Below are positions 1 through 13,431 of a DNA stretch of 64,000 nucleotides, piece by piece. Source of the DNA: Eledone cirrhosa (taxonomy: Eukaryota); the NCBI GenBank assembly GCA_964016885.1, contig OZ024746.1, forward strand, positions 45,260,001 to 45,324,000, in the 5' to 3' direction. The translations under genes were made by a program, and so were the position numbers. Every line of letters begins with the position of its first letter. Position 1 is the first letter of the stretch. Under the pieces are notes generated by a model. That model saw only the letters and a program-made list of their open reading frames with translations, searched no databases and had not been told where the DNA came from.

Positions 1-676
1 ATGTGCAGGATCTGTGGAGAGAGAGAGAGGAAACTTTGGCTCCCATTGTATCCGAGTGTAAACACCTAGCCCAGACTCACTATAAGGGCTGGAGACATGA
101 TGTCATGGGCAGGGTGATCCACTGGCACCTATGCAAAGTAAACAATTTACCACATTCTGAGAAGTGGTATGAGCATAAGCCAGAGTCGGTGTTAGAAAAC
201 GATCAGGTGAAGCTGCTGTGGGGTTTCAGGATACAGACGGACAAGGGAACACAATAGACCTGACCTGGTGGTTTTGGACAAGGAAAAAAGATCGTGCCTG
301 ATTGTGGATGTCGCCTTCCCATTCGACACGAGAGTGCAAGAGAAGGAGAGGGAGAAAATTAACCGATACCAGGACTTAAAGTGGGAGGTAAAAAGGATTT
401 TGAACTGCCATGAAGTCAAAGTGGTCCCGATTGTCATAGGCGCACTAGGTACTATCTCAAAAAGTTTCCAGGTATGGTTAAAGAAATTGGCCCCGCCACG
501 CTTTTTGGAACGCTTGAAAAGGCATGCTTGCTGGGAACAGCAAGAACCCTCCGATACGTCCTGAATATCTGAGGTTGCAGGTAGTGGCTTGATATTCATT
601 TCAACAAACTTTCCAGTTAACTAACATCAATGACTGAGACTCAAAGAGTAATAACAACAATAATAATAATAATAAT
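1..676 (+). mobile_element. 3' end of an R4/Dong-clade (RLE) non-LTR retrotransposon, inactivated
   Basis: Joined frames give a CRIC..ETL..IVSEC degenerate zinc knuckle, RHD, KPESVLEND, RPDLVV.D, DVAFPFD, EKINRYQDLK and VVPIVIGALG, the restriction-like endonuclease C-terminus. Frameshift/stop near 255. Short 3' UTR ends in (TAA)n at ~649-676. Confidence 0.85.
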
Positions 677-2868
677 GATTTCTTTATTGGCCACAAGGGC
701 TGGTACACAAGGGCCACAAGGGCTGGTACACAAGGGCCACAGGACGGTACGATGTGGATTTTGTGCGTGTAAATATTTTTATTATTTATATAAGAAAAGA
801 AAAAAAAAGGACACAGAAACATATATATATATATATATATATATAAACAATAAAAATGAAAATTGAAACAATGAAAAATTCCCCAATAGGGGAGAAACCT
901 CCGAGGGTTACTCGTGGCGAAAACCACACAAAAGACCACGGCCACCCTGCCCACCAGGGCAAGAAGCCTCTCTCAATTTTTCCATCTCTCAAACTACAGA
1001 CGTATATTCAGAGTGGTCCCGTTCACTCGGAGCATTCTCGCTACATTCACCCACCTTTCACCAAACTTGCTAGAAGGCAGAAAAAGATAATTAGGAATTC
1101 GCCGAAGAGGGAAGTGTCTGTCTTTAACCCTTTTAACCTTGTCCACCACACAATCTCTTTCGCCATGGCAACCAGGCAGATGAAAACCGCCTGCCCTTCC
1201 TCCTCGAAGGAAGACGGCGAGACCATCTGCACAATGGACTCAGTCGACAACCGGATCAGTCCCACACGCGACAGCAACTGTTCGACATAGCTCCACAAGT
1301 CAGCCATGCTCGGGCACTGAACGAGTGCGTGCACGACGGTTTCGTCGCTCTGCGTGCATCTCGGACAGGCTCGGCTGACGGCACTTCCGTGCCTGTAGAG
1401 CTTATCTCGAACCGGCAGCGCTCTCCGGTAGCACTGCCAGGCCAGGGATTTTTGGACGTTATCCATAGGCCCCGGGCTGAAAGTTCTCCGGAAGAGAGAA
1501 AACAGCTGATCTTCTTCGACGCCCAGGATCTCTCCGAGAATGTCGTCGCTCTTCCCATCCAATAGTCCTCTATAGAACGCCGAGGTGGATGTTCCACCGT
1601 TACTGGTGCCCAGCTGGCAGAGGGCAGTGAGCGCCTGGAGACATTCCAGTTTCCAAGCGCTATGCCTCGATCTTTTTCTGACCAAGGGCTGCAGCTCGGT
1701 CAAGGAGACGAGCTGTGGGAAAACGTGCCTGGCGAACGACGACCACACCTGTTTACCATCAAGGAAGTACCAGAGATGTCGCAGCCTCAGCGCATGTTTG
1801 CGCATCATCAGCCATGGCATGCCTAGTCCTCCACGCAACGGGTGTTGACAGCAGATGGATCGTCTGACCATGGGAGCGCGTCCCTTCTACAAAAAGCGGA
1901 AGAGGAGGCACTCCATTTTGGTGAGAGTTGGACTGGAGCAAGGGACGACGGTGAGGCTGTAGCAGATGACGGATGCGATGTACGCATTCGCCACCTCCGC
2001 CCGGCCTTTCAGGGACAGCTTCCTCTCAGCCCATTTATGGGTGACGGAGGCCACCCTGCTCGTCACATCGTTTCAGTTTTTCTCCATCTGGAGGTCCGGT
2101 CCGAACCAGACCCCGAGCAATTTAACCAGTCCGTCCGTCCAACGCCCCACGACGCTGTCGGACGGCAAGGACTTGCCTCTCCAGGTGCCGAGCTGCAAGC
2201 CCATAACTTTTCCTGGTTTATCTTTGCTCCTGTCACCACTTCGTATTCCTTGAGAGCGGTGCCGAGCATCTGGACGTGTCTGGTACTCGACACCACCACG
2301 GTGACGTCGTCAGCGTAAGCCACTCGGATTTCCCGCATCCTAGTTTGCATGGGATGCCCCTCATCGCCCCTAGTTTGTGCAGTAACGGCTCGAGAGCCAA
2401 TACGTACAAGAGAGACAAGAGGGGCCAACCCTGGCGGACTGAGCGGATGATGCTGAACGGCTGCGACAGGTGACCGTTCACCCTCACAACTGAGCAGATG
2501 TCGCTGTACATTGCTGCGATCCACCCCTCAAAACGGGCCCGAAACCGGCTGCCTCCAGGACCGCCGCCAGGTCCGCCGCCAGGTACCGATGGTCGACCCT
2601 ATCGAATGCTTTGGATTGATCCAACTTGATCAAGGACCCACCCTTGCCAGGTTCCGTAACCACCCTCTCTATGATGTATCGCATAAGGTTGACGTTGTCG
2701 TGTATGGATCTGTCCAAAATGGCGCATGTCTGCGCCTCTCCCACCAGACCCTTGACGACAAGCGCCAAGTTCGTTGCTAACACCTTGGCCAAAATCTTGA
2801 ACTCTGCGTTTAGCAGGGTTATGGGCCTGAAATTATCGATAACATCCCCCTTGTTCGGGTCTTTTCGA
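677..2868 (-). mobile_element. 5'-truncated L1/Tx1-clade LINE (RT + CCHC zinc finger + 3' UTR), frameshifted
   Basis: Minus-strand frames: NFRPITLLNAEFKILAKVLA, LDQSKAFDRVDH, SVRQGWPL, AYADDVTV, CPRCTQSDETVVHALVQC. GC-rich compared with flanks. 3' UTR has AATAAA just before an (ATT)n tail. Confidence 0.9.
996..2868 (-). pseudogene. Disrupted ORF2 (reverse transcriptase) of the Tx1-like LINE
   Basis: ORF pieces 2484-2792, 2233-2511, 2063-2524 and 1047-1871 carry collinear RT and zinc-finger motifs separated by frameshifts. A 12-bp in-frame duplication (LAADLAA) lies at ~2561-2584. Confidence 0.85.
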
Positions 2869-2874
2869 ATACGA

Positions 2875-2907
2875 CACCCCGTAAAGGGGTGCCATATTAT
2901 TTACTAG
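2875..2907 (+). mobile_element. Possible Helitron 3' terminus
   Basis: CACCCC-gtaaa-GGGGTG hairpin, 12 nt spacer, then CTAG followed by T. Confidence 0.4.
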
Positions 2908-3770
2908 TGAACGCCTGTATTAGGTGGGTCACTTCTTCTAAACTTTTATCAAATTTAAAACTTGAATAAAAGGTTTAGAACGGTTGAAATCGAGGTAAAA
3001 CGTTGAAAAAAATGGAGGGGATAAGAAGCGTAGCTTCACCAACCACAATAATAATAATAATAATCGATCTCTTCACTACCATTATTATTATTAAAATTAA
3101 AAAAAAAAAAATAATAAATCATTATTATTATTATTATTATCACCAGTATTGTCATTATCATCATCAACTGCCAATTCCACAATGAATTATTGCTAGATAA
3201 TTTACCGGGCATTCATTCACATATTATTATCCACAAAAATACCAACAGTATAGAGTGTTGATTCTCTGTCATTTGCTCTGAGCTTGAATATAATTTACTA
3301 GTAATTGTGTATGACATTCCTTTGTATACGTTATTGGAATTACAAGTAAGCCTGGCTAGCATGAGATCTTCTGCTCGCTAGCTTGCCCCAGGCAATTGTT
3401 TAGTCTAGAAATGTTGGATGTAATAAAACATCATAACATAATACGCACAAACGTGTTTTATATGTGTGCGTGTATCTTAATGAAGGGAAGTTTAGTCTAC
3501 ACCCAAACACGCACAGGCAAATACAGACACATACAGATACACATACTTCTGCCTTTCGTTCTCGTGTGTGTTTGTGAGTGGATGTGTGTGCGTGTGTATG
3601 TGTCTCGGGAAGGAAGAGATAGAGCGAAAGTTTTAGAAAATGGGAAAAGAATGAAATCGAGAAAGTAAGATATATTGAGGTAGGCAGCAGACACAACATA
3701 GCTAGATTTATTAACAATGGAATGTGGATAAATATACAGCAATTCATTTGTTTATTCCTGTGTGTACGTA

Positions 3771-3823
3771 TGAATGTATGTATGTATGTATGTATGTATG
3801 TATGTATGTATGTATGTATGTAT
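3771..3823. repeat. (TATG)n microsatellite
   Basis: Direct reading. Confidence 0.95.
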
Positions 3824-4049
3824 TGATGGATAAATATGTAGAATGACGAACAAATATATAACTAGAAAGTTTAATACTTACCTTGTAATAAAGGTAAATG
3901 TAACACCGTCGTTTTCGACGATGAGTTGTTCGACCATCTGGCCTACTTTCTAAATAGTTTCACATGTAATCCTCAAGAAATATCAGTTTAACTTAGTGTG
4001 TAACAAAGTTGGTTCTTGGAACTACAGGTACAATTCATCCGAGAGGCGT

Positions 4050-4160
4050 TTGTGTTTTTCCGTCTACCCAACTTAACACATTATGTGTTGGATTGACCCA
4101 CGGTTATAGGAAAACACACTGGCCTAAGATACCACAAAGTGGGATCTAATCAGCCATCTC
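4050..4160 (-). mobile_element. Degenerate older SINE fragment
   Basis: Resembles from memory an abundant octopus SINE segment (ccgtctacc...gaagacacttgcccaaggtgccac..gtggga); strongly diverged. Confidence 0.4.
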
Positions 4161-5124
4161 ATATTTTTTGTCCAACACTTTACAGATTCAGACAATACAT
4201 GGCCTCGACAATTTAACACTCTGCCAATCTCACATATTTCTGGGAGTTGAAACCCAATTTTCTTACCAAGTGTGAATTTCTCACTCGTTTCATTTCTTGT
4301 ATAGATAAATTGCAGCCTGTAAACCGTTCGAAGAAAATTCATTACATTAATATTAAGGAAATTGAATCAAGAAAATACATTTATTTCATAGAGTCTACAC
4401 ATTTGAATATTGATTCCAACCATCGATGGAATAATATATGTATGCAAATGTGTTTATATTAGCCAAACAAATCATGTTATTACTGTAATCAGGACGGTGA
4501 ACACTGAATATCGGTAGTGTCGCCGATGAATTACCATGCGGTATTTAGGTACGCATCATTATTGCATGGGCGGTGTATTAACGTAATTGTTAGAGCACCG
4601 TACAATGTATCTTTAATCCATTCGGATTTTGCTGTGTCCCTTACAATTGGATTTCAGTAAATGCTGCGGTCAGTTTTGCATGTATCAGGAAATGGTGTCG
4701 ATATAATCGACTAACCCTTCTCACAAATCGTCTGATCTTGTGGCTACGTTACAAACATTTAGTGTAATTATTTTACTTATAATGAATTACATGCATTGTT
4801 GAGGTATCATTGTGGATTAAAATTCACGATCGACTAGTGTACACATTAGAATTACATATCTAAATCGTTTCGAGTAATTAGATTTATGCCCTTTTGGCTC
4901 TGAGTTCAAATCATTCCGGGGAGATTTTGTTCTCTTTGATTATTGTGCAACCGATGAAAATTCTATCGAATTCAATGGAAACATCCATATGAAATTGCAT
5001 TTGCACTTATATGATAAAATCATATCAACATTTCTGTAATTTGATATTTTTATTTTAACTCTAGAATACTAAACATATTGACGATTGCAAAAATTGTAAT
5101 TAAGAAAACGGCGATAAATGATAG

Positions 5125-5350
5125 GAGAAGATACGTGGCCTAATCCTTAGAGTGTTGGACTTACGATCATAATATTGTGGGATAGATTCTTTGACCAAGT
5201 TGTGTGTAATGTGCTAGACCAAAGCACTTCATACCACGTTTTTTTTCCAAATTACTCAGGCGAAATATTTCCAGCTGGGAGTTTAACCCACCGATGGACT
5301 GGCGTTCTGTTCCAGTGAGGGGAATAAGAACCATCCTCAAGGCTGGAAAC
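5125..5350 (+). mobile_element. Degenerate tRNA-derived SINE (second family)
   Basis: A-box-like gtggcctaatc..ttag head, decayed B box, and a cgatggactggcg..ctgt.ccag motif. Head is similar to 26515-26770. Confidence 0.4.
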
Positions 5351-5669
5351 TAACTTTAAGCATTATTTTTTAAATGGAAGCTAAGAAATAATTATGCAAC
5401 TGGGCTCTTGCTGCAAATATATGTAAAACAACTAATGAGACTCTAAGGAGGCCCGTAAGCTGGGCTGGGTCTAAAAATATTGGTTGCCAGGAAATGAAGG
5501 GGGCCTACCTACATATAGAATGCTATCATTTAATTTTTATAATGAATAAATAAAATTTTCAAAAAATACATAAGAGGAAACAAAACAGTGAAATCAAATT
5601 TTTGTGGAAAAATATCTGACCTTGTTCAATAAAAAATATTATGTATTTTGCGAAATCCAGAGATTTTCA

Positions 5670-5850
5670 ATAATTGTTTCTACTTTTGACACAAGGCCAG
5701 CAATTATTCCAGTGTATTACTCGTACTTTATTTTATCGACCCCTTAAGGATGATAGGCAAAGTTAACCTCGGCGGGTTTTGAACTGAGTCCGTAAAGGGA
5801 GGTAACTGTGCTGCAAAGCATGGCATCCGACCCTCTACCGATACTGCCAT
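5670..5850 (-). mobile_element. tRNA-derived SINE (family A)
   Basis: A box TGGCAGTATCGG, B box GTTCAAAAC, central gccT.tcatcctt..ggggtcgataaaataaagtac, 3' gctggccttgtg..aaagtagaaacaatta. Flanked by the direct repeat TTCAATAAT (5666-5674, 5850-5858). Confidence 0.9.
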
Positions 5851-5889
5851 TCAATAATGACTTTTGGTCTTTCACACTCACTCAATATA

Positions 5890-6208
<319 letters not shown>

Positions 6209-7174
6209 CTGTCTATATTTGCATGCATGAATGAATACTCTAAGCTTTAGGTTTAGTAGAATGTACAACCACTGATTCCAGCTATTTGCACTATCATATA
6301 TCTTGGTTTCTAGTAATTGTCCAAATGCTTTGCTTAATTGTTTTGTTTTTTTTATTATTCTTTGTATTAGATTTCAGGAATTTTTTGAAGCAAAGCGTTG
6401 ACTCCTAAAATACTACAGTGGGCCCTGCAATGTTACTGTGGGCTCTTGCAATGCTACCGTGGGCCCCTGGATCCCATCTTCCATTGGGCAACCTGGCCAG
6501 TCCGCCACTGCTCGTAAGTATATGTTCGTGTTTAAAATATGTATTGTATTTTTGATGAAGTTGTAATCAGAGTATATAAGATATTGTTACATGACACCAA
6601 CATTAAATTCCTTAAACACAATTTGAGGCTGTTAAGCATTTAATGAAGCACCGAGAAGCTGTTTGGGATTTTATATTCACATGGACTGAACTGATTTGCT
6701 TAGTAATCTTAATTCTAGAACTGTTTATAAATATTGAGCTCAACAACACATGGAAAGCACTGTGGTTTATATTCCAAGTCCTCGGAAGTGAGTGAAAGGC
6801 GAGTATCGACTCATTGCACAGCTTCAAACTATGCGTAAAATAATAATAGCTATATCAGAAAACTCAATATGAAATGTCTTGCAAATGTTGGCATTTTTTT
6901 TTTAATTCTCTAATAGTAATTGTTATACGGTTGTCAAAGTAACAGCAATATGTAAATTAGCTGAGAATACATCAATTAAGATACGCTTTGTATGCAGTTA
7001 TTATCCGTTCTGCTCGGCATATCAGCAGCGGATTAAGTGATCTCTGACGAGCGCAAAACTAATAAGTTTGAAACTGTATTTATTTCAATGCACGTCGCAT
7101 GCGTTCGCAAGCGTAAGATATATTTCCCACCATAGTTAAATAGTAAGACTAAATTTTTTACTCATACCATCCAT

Positions 7175-7380
7175 TATACTGAGGCCATACTGGAACACAG
7201 TCCCAGTATGGCCTCGAAGAGCTTTGACAATTATATCGATCTCGGTGCTTATTTTAAAATCCATTGCTTATGTTTTCGATCTGAATTTATTGAAACACTA
7301 GTTTGAGAGCGTTAACAGCTCTAGTTGTACCAATGTAAATACAGACACAGACACGCGTACACATACACTAATGACGACAA
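7175..7380 (-). mobile_element. Degenerate older SINE fragment with a small internal hairpin
   Basis: actgaggccatactgga...atcgat.tcggt.cttatttt...acagacac pattern. 13-bp inverted repeat at 7181-7193/7203-7215. Confidence 0.4.
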
Positions 7381-8164
7381 TATAAAGTCACACATGAACA
7401 GATCTAAAAGGATACACGAATAGACATAAAGTTCCCCCCCCCCCTCAACATCTCCATAGAATATGAAAATACAATAACAACTTCCTTGTGGCGGACGAGA
7501 AAATGGTGAAAAACATATATGCGCACAAAAATCTAGAGGAAATAAAAGACGTAAACACAAACACACACACATACAAATGCCAAATACGGAAGCTCGTGCA
7601 GGTAGTACCACACAAAGTTGCACACACAGACACAGGCATGTTCAAACCACATACACACCACAGAAAACCAAGTGAAAGAAGGTTAGAACAAAGAGGAGAC
7701 AAGGAGGAGAAAGACTAATCATTGAGAATGTTATAGGATGTGTGATGAAACAGCTTTGAGAATTAATTCTTCAATTCATTACACATCAACATATAATCTA
7801 TTAAATATCATATCAAACTTATTTAACACTTTCGTTAGAATGACAGTAAGTGTAATATTAGGAATGAAATGTTTTACATTATTATTTCTGTTTATATAAT
7901 TCCAACATTCCGACAAAGTTGTTAGAATTCAGTTTTCATCGTGGCCAGCGCTACCTCTATTCTTCTTGGTTTAATTAAATAAAACTATATGTATTATACA
8001 TGCTGTATTAGCTGCTTTTCTTTAGGAAAATTTACCTACATCCCTAATAAAATATCTTCGCCTTATGTCTGCAAAAAATAAAAGAACAATATAAAGAAAT
8101 CCCATTGCGTGTTGTATAGCAAGAAGTAAAATACCGGTAGAAAACTGAACAAGACGAAGACTCT

Positions 8165-8365
8165 CTGCAGTTGTTTATACTGCTAGAAGTAGCAAACTAA
8201 TTTACTTCAAATCATAATCTACCATGATGCAGGAAGTAGGGACAAATTGGGTAATATATTGCTAATTAGAGTCTATTTGAATAGAATACAAGATGGGCAT
8301 AGATTAATCGCATTTCATATAGATCCTATATTTCCTGGATCTACGTAGTAAAAACAACAACACTA
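8165..8365 (+). repeat. Interspersed repeat family B (degenerate), (ACA)n-tailed
   Basis: tgctagaa.tagca...caaat...agatggg...aacaacaac. Related degenerate copies at ~40518-40720 (-) and ~44190-44370 (+). Confidence 0.4.
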
Positions 8366-11300
8366 CTAAGAAAACCATTCGACCCTGTATCATTTAATAT
8401 ACAAATAATATAAAACTACATGACTTCTCTGTCTAAAAGTGCAACGTATTAGAAAGCTTAGAAAAGGTTACTCAATAATTCTATATGCATTCTCTTCGTT
8501 TGTTGAATGCATGGTATGCTTTCGATTCCTTAATGAAAACATACACTTCTAATGCCACTGGTCGATTAAATTCAAGTAGATAAAGAATAACCAAAATATT
8601 TTCAGTTTATATTTATGAGAATTGTTTAAAAATTCCTTCCATTATTACAGTTTTACACATGTGTAGTATATATGCAGTTATAAGCAATATTTAGTGAATG
8701 AATAAAACCATATATCGGGAATGTAGACCGATTTTCATTGAACAAGGTAAACTGCATTGTTCCATACGCGGCAGACTAGATATGTCAGGTGGAAGTATTT
8801 TCTTACGGGGGTGGATTGTTGTGATGTAAACAAAGCCTCCAGTGTAGAACTGTGATCATCATTATAGGCGAGTATTCCACAACGTTTATTCAATATATTT
8901 CCCGCGGATTTGTATCAGTTGTACTACTGGTTGTTGTAGCATTGGAAAGATGTTCATAGGAATATATTCCAATGTCGACAACTACATAATGTATATGATG
9001 TCCAGGTAAGTGTTATCACTGGCCGTTTTAATAGCAGAATATTTACAGTTAGGTGTAGCCTGTAAGTTCGTGATCCGTTAAAGTATCTTTTGGCTATGTC
9101 AGTGCTGCTCCCTGTTATTGGAATATGCCCGAATTCACAGACTTACCTTTAGTGGCAATGTAGCTCAAATATGTTGAGTTCCCATGTTCCCTTGCTTGAA
9201 TAATAAGTGATATCCCAATTCCATTATTAGATAATTGTATCAATCTCATTGTAGCCCCATCTTCTACCTCTTTGCAATGTGAGTTCTGTGAAGTCCAATT
9301 GAAATAGGTTATTCTCTCAACCATTGTTTCTTTGTTGAATATTTCTAACGGGAATAGCCAAACAATGATTTTACCATGCCTACACTTGACGACATTAAAT
9401 GATTTATACACTATCTCCGGTACTGAATATAATTTTCTCACGTTCTTATACGTACATACAAAGTCCCAGACACACATTCACCCACATACACATGCAAACA
9501 CACACACAATTATATACATATATATATTGCTCAGTTGTTCAGGCGTTATCTTAATACTTTGTTATCTATTTACATAAGTATGCAGACTCACACGTTAATA
9601 TATATATATATATATGTATGTGCACGCGTGCGTGTGTGTGTTTCTCTGTGTGTGCGCATGTGTGTTGATATACAGATAAATATGTTCATAAAGTTATAAA
9701 AAATGACTCGACGTATTATTCATTACATGGTAACCAATAAAGAATCGTGTTTATTTGTAGAACGTATATTTTTTATCGTTTTCCTTGGTTGTAATTTAAT
9801 ATTTTCAGCCACAGTTTTCTACAAACAACTTTTAGAGTTTCTTATTTTAGATGCTTGATGTATTTCTTCAAAATAGATATTTTGTTTCTATCGATCTGTT
9901 AATTTTCTTCTAGACGTTTCCTTAAAATGAGCTGACTCCAGATAGCAACGGCAATGAATATTATTCATTGCTTTATTATTTTTGTTTTATATATTTGAAA
10001 GAAATTTCACCTATGGCTTCGTTTGTTACTATGCTGTGTCAATTCGTTCACTACATAGGCAATTAGATCTCTGACTATTTTTGAGAAAGTTCTTCCAGCT
10101 TCTAGAAGGTTTGGTGAGTTTCGAAAGTTATCTTCTCTTTTTCTTTCCATTTAATGCTCTATGAAATTAATTGGTCTCGGAAATATTTCAAACTTATTTT
10201 CTTCCATTCATTTCTTTCATGGAAATATACGATAATACGATGATATATACATATATACTCTCATCTGTAACACATACAGACATAGAAATCTATGTGACAT
10301 ATTTGTAGATACATATGTAGTCACACATTAAGACAAACATGATTTGTCTAAAAACGAACAGATGAGGCTACATATAGCCGATACCCTCATAAACCAAAGG
10401 GTTGCCATACACATCAGACAAACGTAGAACGCATATACACAGCTAAGGTTTCGTACCGATAAGTAGATAACATATTAACATACAGTTTTTGTATATATCT
10501 GCATTCTTACATTGTATTATATATGTTCCAAATCTACAAAATTGATAAAAAGAAAACTATTAGAACATAATTCCGAAATAACAACATCGACTATACATTA
10601 AGGCAAATACACACCTACCTAATGATTTAGATCTTCGGTAAACAGCTGAAACAATAGATTGGGGTGAATTATTATTACTACTTACAATGAAATATTTTGA
10701 CGGTTATTTTCGACTTGATTTTTATTTTGTAGACCCACTATTTCGAAATAAAATAATGTTATTTTGTCACCAGATATCATTTAAATGCATGACATGTGCT
10801 CAAAAAACTATTGAAGTTTCGAATCATTATTACCAAATAAGGTAGTGTTTCTCTTGGAATTTGACTTTCTCGAAGTGATGAATAACTTTTTCCCAAATAA
10901 GACAATAATGTTAACAAAAGGAAGTAAACATTGCACTTAACCTGTTTGTTATATACATAAAACTTTGGGTGTTGTACATCTCCACTCTCGTGCTTCTTGT
11001 ATTCGGTAACATTCTCGGAATTTCTAACCAAAGTCCAAAGCTAATTCACGTGGTTAAATTGTTCTCATCATGTTGTCCATGGCCGAGGCATTCGGATATT
11101 ATTTATTAATTGCTTGTAATGACCTTGCTTATTCTACTTAAACTAGTATATATGTAAATCGATTGAACGAGAGACTGAACTTCAGACCACGATTTAAAGT
11201 AGAAAATTTACACTTAATCGACATTTTGACTATATAACCAAAATAGGAACACTAGTGTGAATAAATCAATGTATAATTATGATAATTCTTCATCTCGGAA

Positions 11301-13115
11301 ATTTAGATGAAACTGTGTGGAAATGTATGATTTCACGATTTCAGATCAGCAGGTGGTCATAAAATCATGCAGGATAAAAGAGATAAAAAGATAGGTTAAA
11401 GACCTAAATGTGACAGTAAATATCGATTATGGTAGTTTTGGTGTGAAAATCTGAAATCACATAATTTCTACCTTCGTCAAATATATCATCAATTGCGAGA
11501 GGATTTAATATTACCCACATAATGATTGCAATTGAGAAAATTAGCAAAGTTAACATTGATACCGAATGTATATTATTTCAATATTAGTTCAACAGTTGTG
11601 AGTGTCGCAAAAACAGGAGCTCCAGTACGACATTTTAGTTTCTGGATTCAAATTATAGTAAGGTTGAATTCGTTTCTCTTTCTTCCGGGGATTGATGAAA
11701 TAAGTACAAAGTAAATAATGAGATCGGTATAATTGACTATATATTCCCCTAAAATGTGTGACATGGTGACTATGATAGAATTAAATATGACAAAATAATG
11801 ATTATTGGGGAGATATTTTCACATAACCTTTCTGTTACATTAGTAGACTATTAAAATATATAAGAAACAGCGTACGCTCTTTTAAACGTTAACTCTCCAA
11901 TGAACGGAAATAGTAACGAATATACGTGCAATTGCTTCAAAATCTATGCAGGCATTGTTTTTATGTATTCCATTGTACATATACTTTTAGTACACTTACT
12001 CAAGTTATGCAATGTTTGCGCTAAACTTTTGGAGTAAAGAAAAAGCACCAATTGCATTAAATGTAATTTGTTTGTTAGATGTGTGCAGTACATTTTAAGT
12101 CTAGCTTCTACACCTTCAAAAACTATTTCATTTAATTTTACAAAAAGAACCACGTTTTTCCCAAAGTGATTATAAAATAAAATCTTAAAAACATTTATGC
12201 AACGAATACATAAACACATATTTGCGTGGTTGTATGAATGTGATGCAGACTCAATTCAATATGTGTATAACATGTTACATAAAGTAAGCACTCATATGTA
12301 AACATGGACTGATACATTATCTCATCTAAATAATTATACACATCTATCTCATGCATATATATTAAAATGAAATATTATGTACGTATGTATGCAAGTAAAC
12401 ACAGATACAAATACATACACTATGTTGGAAATGAACTACGCAGCTATTGAATATGTGACGATGCTATTCTGAATTGCTGAACATTCAAACGTGTTTGATT
12501 TTATATTCCAGTATTCAAAAATTTGAAATAAACTTTCATTAAGAAATCATTGCTGACAAACTGCCATTATCCAAATATTATCCTGATGGAGGTTCTAAGA
12601 AGTTTAACAGAAGATTCTAACATAAGAAGTAGCAATTAATGCTATAGTAGTGTTAACTTAGGTGGTAGGCAGCAATGACGTTGAAAGAAAATTGCAGTAG
12701 TAGTAGCTCTAGCAGAGGAAAATATGTAAAATAATTCTTTCGCATATTTCATGTGCAATACATCAATGAAACACGATTTTAAAAATATAACAAACAAAAG
12801 GAAATCCTAAAAGACTTCTCGACAAATGATACAGATCAAATGTGTGAAGTTTTCGGTCTATACTTTTCACACGTATAGAAGTAATGTGGACTCATGACAG
12901 GAAGTTTTCTAAGTGTTATCTTATAGCTGGAGAAATGGAAAGAGATAAGAATGTATTTAAAATTTCTAAAAAAAAAATGATTGCTTGAATTTATATCAGT
13001 AAAAACGTTTGCTTTAGTCAGTAGAAGATTTAGTTAGTGATAGTGAAAGTGGCAAAATTAAGCCTACAGTTTCACTGGAGAATTCTGATAATTATTATAT
13101 GTTGCAGTACGTATT

Positions 13116-13431
13116 CCAGGAAGTCATGAACCGCACCATCCAGCAGCTAGTCTCTTCTGCCATCTGCAAGCGGCGCCTGGGCTGGTTTGGGCACGCTTTG
13201 AGACTTCCCCCGGAGAGACTGGCGAACCAAGTACTTAAATGGAACCCACAGGGAAGCAGACGGAGAGGGCGACCCAAAATGAACTGGCGCCAGACAGTTG
13301 AGAGGGACCTGCGAGCGACAGACAGACAGACAATTGCGGGACGCTGTGCAACTGGCTGCTGACCGAACGCGGTGGAACACTATGATTGCCTCATGCGTCG
13401 CAAGACGCGGGAGCTTCTGAGTCTGAGTCTG
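13116..13431 (+). mobile_element. 5'-truncated RTE-type LINE 3' end
   Basis: RRLGWFGHALRLPPERLANQVLKWNPQGSRRRGRPKMNW...AADRTRW. (CTGAGT)3 tail. TSD AGTACGTATT at 13106-13115 and 13432-13441. Confidence 0.9.

Noticed and set aside
856-2907. Plus-strand ORFs over the GC-rich block
   Set aside because: Antisense shadows of the Tx1-like ORF2.
8960-9012. Plus-strand CAG|GTAAGT donor
   Set aside because: Short and uninformative; no supporting plus-strand exon chain.
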